A stretch of 63,538 nucleotides of DNA, filler included, from Octopus bimaculoides (taxonomy: Eukaryota): the NCBI RefSeq assembly GCF_001194135.2. It is 7 parts of 7 records of this genome, joined end to end, with 100 filler letters (N's around TTAATTAATTAA, not from the genome) between each part and the next. Parts side by side here need not be neighbours in the genome. Positions count along the whole stretch, not along the records: positions 39,529 to 54,996 come from NC_068984.1; positions 55,097 to 59,296 come from NC_068985.1; positions 59,397 to 61,612 come from NC_069001.1; 4 more parts are not named here. The stretch is one strand, 5' to 3'. Both the position numbers and the translations under genes were made by a program. Under the pieces are notes generated by a model. That model did no database searches and was not told the DNA's origin. It saw only the letters and a program-made list of their open reading frames with translations. The first letter of the stretch is position 1. Each line of letters starts with the position of its first letter. Positions 47,781 through 59,682 of this stretch are shown one piece after another.

Positions 47781-47990
47781 GGCGGCGAGCTGGCACAATC
47801 GTTAGCACGCCGGACAGAATACTTAGCGGCATTTCGTCCGTCTTTATGTTCTGAGTTCAATTTCTGCCGAGGTCAACTTTGCCGTTCATCCTTTTGGGGT
47901 CGATAAAATAAGTACTAGTTGTTCACTGGGGTCGATGTTATAGACCCATTCATCCCCAGAAATTGCTGGCCTTGCGCCAAAATTTGAAAC
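47781..47990 (+). mobile_element. SINE family A
   Basis: GGCGGCGAGCTGGCACAATCGTTAGCAC...CTGAGTTCAATT...GGCCTTGCGCCAAAATTTGAAAC. Confidence 0.88.
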
Positions 47991-49299
47991 TGATATTTCT
48001 TCACATTACTGTTCCACCTCTGCCATTTGAAATCCTGCATTGCTTAAAAAATTCAACCGCAGATTCTGGTTTCATTTCCCTCAAGATTCTTACGGTCCAT
48101 TGAGGCAATGTTGCTAATATTGTTGGCGCTCGTATATTCACACCCCAACTGCCTTTTGTATATGTCATTTCTCCTTTCTATGAAATGATAACTTTTCCCC
48201 AAATTATTGTGGATGATCTCATCTTCGCTTACCTCTTCCCTACAAAATTTCTTTCTCTAAATCCTAAAGATCACACTTGGATTATCTTAAAATCTAAAAT
48301 ACCTATTTTCTCGCCAGTTTCAAAAGCAAAACCTTGATTTTCGAGAAATATCAAGTTTGTTAGTTTTCATTGCCGTATTTTGTTGCTTCCATTTCCAACC
48401 TTAGTAGTTGTGACCCTATCCTCTATTAACACATTTTATTTTCGACATTTGATTAGAAAAAGAGAGCTTTTTCCAATCTCCAGTAATCTTTTTTTCCGAA
48501 ACTCTAAATTCTTTTGCTGTTGCACGGTTATCATTGTTCTGCGTAACCAGTCACATTGCTATAAACTGGTTTCCTTTTGAATCTATGCTAACAGATGTCA
48601 TGAGGCTGGCAGGTCTATACTGTAACATGATGCAGTTTGAACTCATGGCAGCGTTAGTCATACCAGTGAGTCAGATCACCTCCATTGCAGTTGTCATTTT
48701 ATAGTTGTTCCGTTTAAAATATTAAATTGTATATCTTTTCCCCAGATTGTTTTCCGAAACCGTACAGTTTACAGTTTACAATAACGGGAAATATTATGAG
48801 AATCCCACAGGAAAAAATAAACAAACGGAAACACTAACGATTTTAAAAGCTGCGAAACTGCAGTCTGACTTTGATATATTGTTGGTTTCTTTAGCTAAAG
48901 GCATTGTGGAAATTTCCTACGAATCTACAGGAAAGAAAATCTATATTTACGTTGATATTATTCCTTACTTTTATTTACTGTTTATTTCAAAACTGATAAA
49001 AATAATATTATTTACATTATGCAACTTTATAAGGGGATACACTGAAAGTGATGTAAAATGTTCATTGCTGTTTTTTTAACTGACATAGGTCGTTCAAATT
49101 GTACATGTATGTAGAGTAACTCTTTTTCTAAACAAAGGTATTACTCAACATAGCACACATCACAAACGATGCATTTTCGTCGTCGTACAACTGAATTCTC
49201 GAATCCTTACAAAAAATTCAGGCGTGCACTGCTGTATTTATGACTTCATAATCCTTTTTGCCTTGCCTGTGTCATCAAATTACTGTCGGCGAAGACTGT

Positions 49300-49760
49300 C
49301 CTTCATTGGACTAAACCGGTGGAAGTCGACGGGCACAAAGACCGTGCTATACGGTGGATGGGAGACCACTGATCAGTTCAATTTATCGATTACCTGATTT
49401 GTTGCGACAAAAAGTGTGTGTAGGTCTTCCGAGTGCTGTGAGCTTGATGTCCTTCACGTTCTGTTTAGACCGCATAAAAGATACGAGCAAGAAGATTTCA
49501 GAGAACTGATGTTCTGGACAGAGAGAACCGGGTATAGTGTAGAGCTGCGGGGTTGGACACATCACGGGTGACAAGTGGTAGAGAAACGAATAAATCGTGA
49601 GAGCTTGACCGGTGGTATACGAGAACCTCCAGATGTGGCGGAGAAAGGCGTGACGATGATATAGGTTCGTATTTAATCACATAAAAATGCGGATTTGTGG
49701 ACAAAAAGCAATGCGACATGACTGGGTCGGCGGTTCTTTTAGCAGAGAGGCCTCGTCATG
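49300..49760 (+). mobile_element. Probable RTE-clade RT 3' fossil
   Basis: Remnants VLYGGWET, (W).GHITR and RP..RW.DDI with many frameshifts. Confidence 0.45.
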
Positions 49761-49828
49761 AGTTCTGCATATCAGTTGAATACATGTTTGAATGTACATA
49801 TATATACATACATATATATACATATACA

Positions 49829-49904
<76 letters not shown>

Positions 49905-49907
49905 CAT

Positions 49908-49989
<82 letters not shown>

Positions 49990-49991
<2 letters not shown>

Positions 49992-50225
49992 CTTGGTTTT
50001 TTTTTATGTCTCTGCTACCCGCCACTGATGTCGATTGGTTTACGTCCCCTTGGCGGTTCAGCAAAAAAAAAAAAAGGCGAGCGTTAGAATAAATGCCAGA
50101 GTTATGAAAGAAAACAAAAAAAAGTGGTAAGTTCTGGGGCGATTTGTTCGGCTAAAGTCTTCGAGGTGGTGCCATAGCATTGGCTGAGTGCAGTCTATTG
50201 ACTGAAGCAAGTAAGAGATAAAAGA
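49990..50225 (+). mobile_element. SINE family B 3' half, degenerate
   Basis: GTTTACGTCCCC.TGGCGGTTCAGCAAAA..CTGGGGCGATTTGTTCGGCTAAA..GGTGGTGCCATAGCAT..TGACTGAAGCAAGTAA. Confidence 0.75.
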
Positions 50226-50650
50226 AGATATACATCTATTGTTAGTGATAGTTTCTCAGATATACGAATAAATCTTGTGACATTTGTAGATGATATTAAT
50301 TGAAACGAATGTAAATAAAATACAGCATTGTATGTGTGTTTTAAATAACTAATATAACTCTACCAAGATGGCACGACTTAACTCGGGAAATTATATATAT
50401 ATCTATGTGTGTGTATGTATGTATAAATATATATATGTATGAGTGTATATGTGTGTATGTGTGTGTGTATATATATATATGTATGTACTGTATTATATAT
50501 ATTTATGAATATATATATATATATATAATACATGTATGCACACACACACGAATGTATGAATATATATATAGATGCACTCATATATTTATGTGTTTTAGTC
50601 AGCCTGCGTGTGTGTATATGTGTGTGTCTGTGTGTGTGTGTGTGCGCGCA

Positions 50651-50692
<42 letters not shown>

Positions 50693-50700
50693 CACACATA

Positions 50701-50838
50701 TATCCGCAGCGCTACTGTTAATTAGCGTAAGGTTACTTATATACATGTGTGTGTGTGTTTGTGTGCATGTGTATATATATATACACACACATATCCGCAT
50801 CGCCATTGTTAATTGGCGTAAGGTTATGTACCATATAC

Positions 50839-50878
<40 letters not shown>

Positions 50879-50940
50879 ATGTGTATATATACACACACAT
50901 ATATCCGCAGCGCCATTGTTAATTGGCGTAAGGCTACTTA
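50701..50940. repeat. Three ~38-bp hairpin units spaced by (TA/TG/CA)n microsatellite, period about 90-110 bp
   Basis: TATCCGCAGCGC(C/T)A(T/C)TGTTAATT(G/A)GCGTAAGG at 50701, 50792 and 50902. A related unit lies near 51105. Confidence 0.9.
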
Positions 50941-51800
50941 TCATGTATATATATGTGTGTGTATGTGTGTGTGTGTGTGTGTGTATGTGTGTGTGTGTGT
51001 GTGTATAAATATACATCCACATACACACATATACAGACACAGGCACATACACTGATACACACAGACCCCTTTCCACCACCACCACCACCACCAGACACAC
51101 ATATTATCTCTGCGCCGTAACGCTATTGTTAATTTCCTGGGTGAAATAATTTAATAAGACTATGCTGGGGATTGTTTTATCCGAGGTGGTAAAAACCGAT
51201 GAAGATTTGCCAGCCAGTCCAAAAACACCAATGTAATGATGGATAGATTCTTGGATACCATCCAACTCTTCTTAAGAATTCTTTGTATTGATCGTAACAG
51301 CGGATGGAACGGTTACATAATCCTATGTACTACATATGACACACACAACCAACTACGGTTACCAAGTTATATCTAATGCATTATTACTATCGATAGTCGC
51401 AGATTAAAAAAACAAAACGATAACAACAACAACAACAATAACAAAAACACAGAACATCTTATCTTCTGACTCTATGACTCATTGCCACACTGCAGAGCTA
51501 TGACCGAGTGGATAGGATGTTGCGGTATCTTTAGCTCACGTTGCTTTCGTTGAAGTATCGTTCAGTGCAATATTTCACACACACGAGCGATATGATGATT
51601 TTCAAGTGGCTTTTGATTTTAGACTAAATAATATTCGATGTGCAGAAGAGGTTTAGAATTAAGCTTTACGAAGTCTCAAAGATTTACAGGACTGACTTCT
51701 GCTTATGTTGTTTTTTTTTGAAAAGTACTTATCGGGTAGAATATAAATTAAACTCTGGATTAGTCATTAACAGATAACCTCTTTCGGGGATAAAATTTAA

Positions 51801-52035
51801 CCCTTTGCCTGTCCTGTGTATCATATGTGATACACAGAACATGTTTCCCTGATATCCATTCATCATATATGATACATATTACCATTTTGTTTTCAATCAC
51901 GCGAGTAAGTTGGGACTTATGAATGAAAAGGTTTATGTTACGCAGAATGTATGAAACAAGTGCCAACCAAAATTCTGAAAATAAGCATGGACATTTAGGA
52001 CAAACTGATGAAAATGCTTTGGACAGGCAAAGTGG
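51801..52035. mobile_element. piggyBac-type MITE
   Basis: TTAA|CCCTTTGCCTGTCC ... GGACAGGCAAAGTGG|TTAA. Subterminal palindrome CTGTGTATCA-TATG-TGATACACAG. Confidence 0.8.
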
Positions 52036-52837
52036 TTAAGAACATTGTTTCGTCAAATTTTAAATATATGCGCAATATGATTAATTTTAATGCCATTCAA
52101 TTTTTATAAATCAGAGTTAAATTGTTCACGGATGAATTTGAAATTAGGCTTTGTGAAGTTTTAAAATTTCATGACGTCGACTTTTACTAATGATATTTTT
52201 TTAAGTATCAATCAGTGGGTGGATATAAATCGTCCTGTAAATTAATCAATAAAAGGGTAACATTTTAGGAACATTTTTTTATATTAAATTTATCTTACTT
52301 CTGATATTCACAGAATTCAATTATATACCATCGTTGTAGAACGGGATATTGAGAGCTCTAGATCTCAATTTACTGGTTATAAATACAAGTTAAAATAAAT
52401 TTTATACGAAATTATTGAATTACCAACTCCTTTAATGAATGGAAATACACAAGGCACTCGAATTTGGATACACCCTCGTTATTGATCTGATCAGAAGGAA
52501 GGGCCTACAGGATTGAAAAACTCTAGACCAGGAGATTATTTAGAAACAATCATTAATTCAAAGATGAACCAAAGAGTGCAATAGTTCAGAAAGAATGGTA
52601 GAAATGAAAGACTCTTAGAAGAAAATGCTTGCTGGTGTATGATTAGAAGGATTAAATCGATTTAAGAACATTTTTAAAACTACGAACTAATCGTGGTAAA
52701 ACAATTGGTACTTAAAACGTTATTATGGAATTAAATGTAAATCGTTTTAAAGAAGCAATCTGAACACAATATGTTCCTTGATTTCAACAAAAATGAAAAT
52801 CATTTTGTAAGCTGAGAATTAAGCTCAGCCATATGTA

Positions 52838-52964
52838 CAGGGTGTCCACAAAGTCTGGGTACATAGGGATTAACACATACTTTAAGAAATTATTATTTCT
52901 TATATTTAATTGTTTATGTTATGATTTTATTCATTCCATGTACACAGACCTTGTGGATACCCTG
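52838..52964. mobile_element. 127-bp Tc1/mariner-type MITE
   Basis: TA|CAGGGTGTCCACAAAGTCTGGGTACAT ... ATGTACACAGACCTTGTGGATACCCTG|TA. Confidence 0.88.
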
Positions 52965-52976
52965 TATATATATATG

Positions 52977-53343
52977 AAGGCGCATAGCTCAGTGATTTGA
53001 TTGAAAATGCATGGCTCAGTGGTTAGAGCGTCGGCTTACAATAATGAGGTTGTAAGTTCGATTCCTGACCCGGGTTGTGTGTGGTTTTCTTGAACAAGGC
53101 ACTATATTTCACGTTGCTTCAGTTCACTCAGCTGTAGAAATGAGTTGTGAAGTCACTGGTGCCAAGCTTTATCGGCCCCGTTACCTTTTCCTTAGACAAC
53201 ATCGGTGGTGTGGAGAGAGGAGACTGGTATGCATGGGTGACTGCTGGTCTTCCTTCCACAAACAACCTTGCCCGGACTTGTACCTCTGAGGAGAACTGTC
53301 TAGGTGCAATCTCGTGGTCATTTGTAACCGAAGGGGGTCTTTA
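52977..53343 (+). mobile_element. tRNA-headed SINE family D
   Basis: TGGCTCAGTGGTTAGAGCG (A box), AAGTTCGATTCC (B box), CTTGAACAAGGCACT.TATTTCACGTTGC core. The head start appears duplicated. Confidence 0.75.
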
Positions 53344-53686
53344 GAAACACTAATCATCATTAACATCTAACTGAAGGACCTTGTAAACGAACTAAACAAA
53401 AGGACCATCATATTCCTAGGTTATATTACCAGGTTTTAACACAGCGGAACACGTCCATCCATGTCTGCAACGAAAACAATGTGCAAAATACGGCATGTGG
53501 TTGATATTATATAACTAAGCATGCATGGTAATTAATAGTGGCTGAACCAAACACTAGCAACATCGAAGAACTAATTGTACCCCCAGAAGTAATTAACACG
53601 AACCTTTAAAGCAGAGGTTCTCAAACTTTTGGGGCCACTGCCCCTCTCATAGCTACATCATACCTTCAGTGCCCCACCCCTATTTC

Positions 53687-53723
<37 letters not shown>

Positions 53724-53726
<3 letters not shown>

Positions 53727-54083
53727 AACCACATGGTTCCGGGTTCAGTACCACTGCGTGGCACCTTGGGCAAGTGTGTTCTACTATAACCTCGGGTCAA
53801 CCAAAGCCTTGTCAGTGGATTTGGTAGACGGAAACTGAAAGAAGTCCGTCATATATATGTATGTATGTGTATGTGTGTATATATGTTTGTGTGTCTGTAT
53901 TTGTACCCCCAACATCGCTTGACAACTGATGCTGGTGTGTTTACGTCCCTGTAACTTAGCAGTTTGACAAAAGAGACCGATAGAATAAGTACTAGCCTTA
54001 CATAAGTCCTGGGGACGATTTGCTCGACTAAAGGCGGTGCTCCAGCATGGCCGCAGTCAAATGACTGAAACAAGTAAAAGAGT
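53724..54083 (+). mobile_element. SINE family B, slightly 5'-truncated
   Basis: High identity to 28835-29207. Confidence 0.9.
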
Positions 54084-54118
54084 ATATGATTGAACGCCAC
54101 GCATCATCCTCTTCCAAG

Positions 54119-54181
<63 letters not shown>

Positions 54182-54532
54182 GTAGGTAGGTGAGTGTATG
54201 TGTGTGCCTAAATTTTACAATAGAATGTTGGTAGTTTCTATGGCATTTTGGGAATAAAGTCTTCATCAGACAGTCTAATAAAGTCTACACAACACAAACT
54301 TCGAAGTAACTGACAATCTTTTCCTTTTAAAAATAAATATGTTACTCTATTGAGAAATACTTCGCGACCTTTCAATTTAATGTTTAATGTTCGACTGCTT
54401 TTATATATAATTATACATAAAATAAATAACACACATATTCATATTCACCCCTCCCCCCGCACGCGCGCACGTGCACGCACACACACACGCCGACATGCAC
54501 ATATGTATGTGTGTGAATATATATATATATGT

Positions 54533-54672
54533 CTATATGGGAGAATATACGAAAAAGAAAACAACAGACGAAGACAGGTGGTGTAAACAACAAATGGATA
54601 TATTAGTTTAACGCTCGGGAATAGAGCAAGTCTTTAACGTTTCGAGCTACACTCTTCAACTGAAAGGAACAC
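54533..54672 (-). mobile_element. Repeat family Y, second copy, with hammerhead-like motif at 54631-54666
   Basis: Minus strand reads CTTT-CAGTTGA-A-GAGT(GTA)GCTC-GAAA-CG-TT-AAAGA. Aligns with 9545-9688. Confidence 0.7.
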
Positions 54673-54897
54673 AGTATGTGTATGTATATGTTCTCTATGT
54701 GGTCTGTCTGTTTTCCTGTGTGTTCCTATCGTTGTCCGAAAACAAGTTTGTTTTCCGTGCTCTGTTTATGTTCTCGTTTTTCATTTTGCCCACGTTTTCT
54801 TGTGACGTTCTGTACCCAGATATGCATCTATATATACATGTAGATGTAGGTTTGTACATACATGTACGTATATATGCATATACTCACATATTCTTTG

Positions 54898-54934
<37 letters not shown>

Positions 54935-55096
54935 AATTACTGAAGCTACACACATAATAGAAGAGAAACCTAGCCTGAATAGGCAACTAGAATGGANNNN
55001 NNNNNNNNNNNNNNNNNNNNNNNNNNNNNNNNNNNNNNNNTTAATTAATTAANNNNNNNNNNNNNNNNNNNNNNNNNNNNNNNNNNNNNNNNNNNN

Positions 55097-56100
55097 ACCA
55101 CCACTGTCCCCGCTGCCAGCTACAACACAGAACGGCACCTCCACCGCTATCACCACAACAATATCTGTCGCTACAAACGCCGCCACCACCAACACCACCA
55201 CCACCACCACCATCATCATCATCAGCATCACCACCAGCAGCAGCAGCAACATTATAACTGTCATTATAACTACCCCCCCCTCACTGCGAACCACGCCCAC
55301 CACCACTACCACTAGAATCATTACCGATACTAATATTGTATCACTACTGCCCACCACAACTATCACCATCAGTATTGATACTAACATTGCATACCACCAC
55401 CACCACCACCACCGTCACCACTACCACCACCACCACTACCACCACCATCACCACTACTACCATCATCACCACCATTATCAGCACCACTACCACCGTCACA
55501 ACCATCTACACCACTGCTGCTGCCACCTACCACCATTGCACTACCACCACTACCACCACTTCCACCATAACAACCACAACAACCATTGCCATCATTATCA
55601 ATACTAATATCACACTACTTCCCACCATACCATACCATACCATACCATTTTGATTACCATTACTAAAATCACACCACCACCACCACCACCATCATTATCA
55701 ATACTGATATTACACACAACTACCACCACCACCACTACCACCACCACCATGACAGTCATGACAACCATTGCTATCATTATCCATACTAATATCATACTAC
55801 TTCCCACCATGCCATCTTGATTACCATTACAACTACCACCATCACTGCCACTATCATTATCAATACTGATATCGTACACAACCACCAGTATCACAACGAC
55901 TACCACCACCACCACCACCACCACCACCACCACCATCACTATCATCATTATCAGTATCAATATCACACACAACTATTGCGACTATCACAGTTATAAAATA
56001 CATGTATTGTACAGCATCATACCACTCCATCCTTCTTCACCATTAAAAGTCACATACCATCACCATCACCATCGCCACCACCGTCATTTTTGTTATCATT
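55097..56100. repeat. (ACC/ACT/ATC)n low-complexity tract with higher-order units
   Basis: ATCATTATC(A/C)ATACT(A/G)ATAT..CAC recurs at 55591, 55691, 55773, 55853 and 55944. Confidence 0.85.
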
Positions 56101-56343
56101 TTATCTTTTACTTGTTTCAGTCATTAGACTGCGGCCATACTGGGGCAATGCCTTGAAGAAGAATTTTAGTCAAACACATTGATCCACAATACTTATTTTA
56201 TTTTATTTTTTGTTTTAAAGTCTGCTACTTAATCTATCAGTTTTTTTTTTTTTCCTGGACTGCTAAGTTATATGGATGTAAACATACCAACACTGGTTGT
56301 CAAGCTGTGGTGGAGTGTGGACAAACACTGACACAAAGACACA
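56100..56343 (-). mobile_element. SINE family B 3' half
   Basis: TTTACTTGTTTCAGTCATTAGACTGCGGCCATACTGGGGCA..CACTGGTTGTCAAGC. Confidence 0.8.
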
Positions 56344-57451
56344 NNNNNNNNNNNNNNNNNNNNNNNNNNNNNNNNNNNNNNNNNNNNNNNNNNNNNNNNN
56401 NNNNNNNNNNNNNNNNNNNNNNNNNNNNNNNNNNNNNNNNNNNNNNNNNNNNNNNNNNNNNNNNNNNNNNNNNNNNNNNNNNNNNNNNNNNNNNNNNNNN
56501 NNNNNNNNNNNNNNNNNNNNNNNNNNNNNNNNNNNNNNNNNNNNNNNNNNNNNNNNNNNNNNNNNNNNNNNNNNNNNNNNNNNNNNNNNNNNNNNNNNNN
56601 NNNNNNNNNNNNNNNNNNNNNNNNNNNNNNNNNNNNNNNNNNNNNNNNNNNNNNNNNNNNNNNNNNNNNNNNNNNNNNNNNNNNNNNNNNNNNNNNNNNN
56701 NNNNNNNNNNNNNNNNNNNNNNNNNNNNNNNNNNNNNNNNNNNNNNNNNNNNNNNNNNNNNNNNNNNNNNNNNNNNNNNNNNNNNNNNNNNNNNNNNNNN
56801 NNNNNNNNNNNNNNNNNNNNNNNNNNNNNNNNNNNNNNNNNNNNNNNNNNNNNNNNNNNNNNNNNNNNNNNNNNNNNNNNNNNNNNNNNNNNNNNNNNNN
56901 NNNNNNNNNNNNNNNNNNNNNNNNNNNNNNNNNNNNNNNNNNNNNNNNNNNNNNNNNNNNNNNNNNNNNNNNNNNNNNNNNNNNNNNNNNNNNNNNNNNN
57001 NNNNNNNNNNNNNNNNNNNNNNNNNNNNNNNNNNNNNNNNNNNNNNNNNNNNNNNNNNNNNNNNNNNNNNNNNNNNNNNNNNNNNNNNNNNNNNNNNNNN
57101 NNNNNNNNNNNNNNNNNNNNNNNNNNNNNNNNNNNNNNNNNNNNNNNNNNNNNNNNNNNNNNNNNNNNNNNNNNNNNNNNNNNNNNNNNNNNNNNNNNNN
57201 NNNNNNNNNNNNNNNNNNNNNNNNNNNNNNNNNNNNNNNNNNNNNNNNNNNNNNNNNNNNNNNNNNNNNNNNNNNNNNNNNNNNNNNNNNNNNNNNNNNN
57301 NNNNNNNNNNNNNNNNNNNNNNNNTATCAATTCGGATATTATACATAACCAGCATCATCACCACCACCATCACCACACCATCGGTATTAATACTAATATC
57401 ACACACTATAACTTCAATTATTATCATTAACAATAATTAATATCACAACGA

Positions 57452-58285
57452 GGGGGACAAGATGGCAGAAAAGTTAGCATGCCAGGTGAAATGCTTAGTG
57501 GTATTTCGTCTGCCGTTACGTTCTGAGTTCAAATTCCGCCGAGGTCGACTTTGCCTTTCATCCTTTCGGTGTCGATAAATTAAGTACCAGTTACACACTG
57601 GGGTCGATGTAATCGACTTTATCCCTTTGTCTGTCCTTGTTTGTCCCCTGTATGTTTAGGAATAAGAATTGTTAGCATGGCTGGTGAAAAGCTTAGCAGT
57701 TTTTCGTCTGTCATTATGTCTTAAGTTCAAATTCCACCAAGGTTGACTTTGCATTTCACCCTTTCGGGCTCGATAAATTAAGTACCAGTGAAACATTGGG
57801 GAGTCAATGTAATCGACTGGTCCCCTCTCCCCTCCTGCAAAATTTCAGGCTTTGCGCCTATGGTAGGAAAGATTACATTTTGAGTTCAATTTTCACCAAA
57901 GTCGATTTTGCATTTCATCTTTTTGGGGTTGATAAAATAAGTACCAGCTGAATACTGGGGTTGATGTAATTGACTTGAACCCCTCTCCTGAAATTGCTGG
58001 CCTTGCGCTAAAATTTGCCATCACCACTACCACCACCACTACCACCACCATCATCATGATCATTGGCCATTTCAATATAATAGACAATCCCAGGTAAAAT
58101 GCTTGGCAGTGTTTCGTCGATCATTACGTGTTTTGAGTTCATATTCCACCGAGGTCAATGTTAGCTTTCATCCTTTCGGGGTCGATAAAATAAGTGCCAG
58201 TTGAACAGTGGGGTGGATGTAATCAACTTATTCCTCCCCGCCAACCCCACCTCCTCTAGAATTGCTGGCCTTGTGCCAAAATTCA
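57452..58285 (+). mobile_element. Cluster of four same-strand SINE family A copies
   Basis: Copies at about 57452-57660, 57663-57873, 57878-58015 and 58088-58285, each with TTTCA(T/C)C.TTT.GGG.TCGATAAA.TAAGT.CCAG. Confidence 0.85.
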
Positions 58286-59396
58286 AAATCAATATTAATA
58301 TCACAACTACAACCACCACCATCACTGCCACTACCACCACCATCACCAATACTGTCACCACCACCACCACCACCGCCATTGACACCACCACCACCAACAC
58401 CATCAATTGGGATATTACACATGACATCACCGCCACCATCATTACCATCATCACAACATTGTTGTTAATGCTAATATAACAGAAGCACCACCACCACTAC
58501 CATCATCCTCATCATCATTAACAATATCAACATAATACACAAACTCTACCACCACCACCACCACCATTTTCTATGCTTTCATCATATAGCTTCCCCACCA
58601 CACCACCTTCATAATTATTACTAAAATCATGCACTTTCACCATCACCATCACCATCATCATCACCATGTTAATCACCATCATTATCAATATCGATATTCT
58701 GCAGTACCTCACTCCCACCACTATCACCACCATTCCGCCCACCTCCACTACAACCATTGCTAATGCTACCTCCAGCATTTCTAATGGTGGTGGCGGTGGG
58801 GTAGACTTTACCTGGTCGTTCGACTTTCATGAAATAGTAGCCAAATACCCTTCATTTTATACACAGTGTCTTCGAAAGAAAACAAAACAACAAAACAAAA
58901 GGAAATATCAAAATATGAAATCCTGGTTTCTGCAGCACAGAGGAGAGAACAAAAAAAAAAATGATGTGATGGTCACTACTGGAATGTCTTTGATCAGGTC
59001 TCACCGAGGGCAAACAACAGTTACCAGCTGGATTCTTCATACTACTGTCTTGACCATCACCCACCCAAAACACCTTCACTCTATTCTTTCCTCTTCCACT
59101 ATTTCTTTCCTTAATATATATGTGTGTGTGTATAAAAATATAAAATATATAAAAATATGTGTGTGTATGATATATATATACAAACATACATGCATATATA
59201 TGAGTGTGTGTTTGTACATATATATGTGTGTAAGAAAATATATATATATATATGTGTGTGTGTGTATATGTAAGTGTGTATATATAAATATATATANNNN
59301 NNNNNNNNNNNNNNNNNNNNNNNNNNNNNNNNNNNNNNNNTTAATTAATTAANNNNNNNNNNNNNNNNNNNNNNNNNNNNNNNNNNNNNNNNNNNN

Positions 59397-59465
<69 letters not shown>

Positions 59466-59646
59466 CGACGGATGGATTGGCTGTAAGAAAGATGGAAGTG
59501 GCGTACAGTATTATTATAGTGGTGGGTGTACAACGGCGAAGTCATTGTGGAAATCTTACTTCTTACATCATACTTGGTTGCTGGCTTTTTTTCATTTTTT
59601 TTTTATCTCTCGCTCTCTTTGCACATTGGCCTCATTCTTTCTTGTC

Positions 59647-59682
<36 letters not shown>

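Noticed and set aside
48746-48840. Acceptor TTTTCCCCAG|AT-TGT as another LDLa exon
   Set aside because: No Cys pattern follows, and the frame reaches a stop without a donor site.
50701-50940. CRISPR array
   Set aside because: The context is eukaryotic, the spacers are microsatellites and there are no cas genes.
13046-57440. Long ORFs of 200-377 aa containing X runs or CV/HT/YI/LS dipeptide repeats
   Set aside because: They are translations of gaps and dinucleotide microsatellites.
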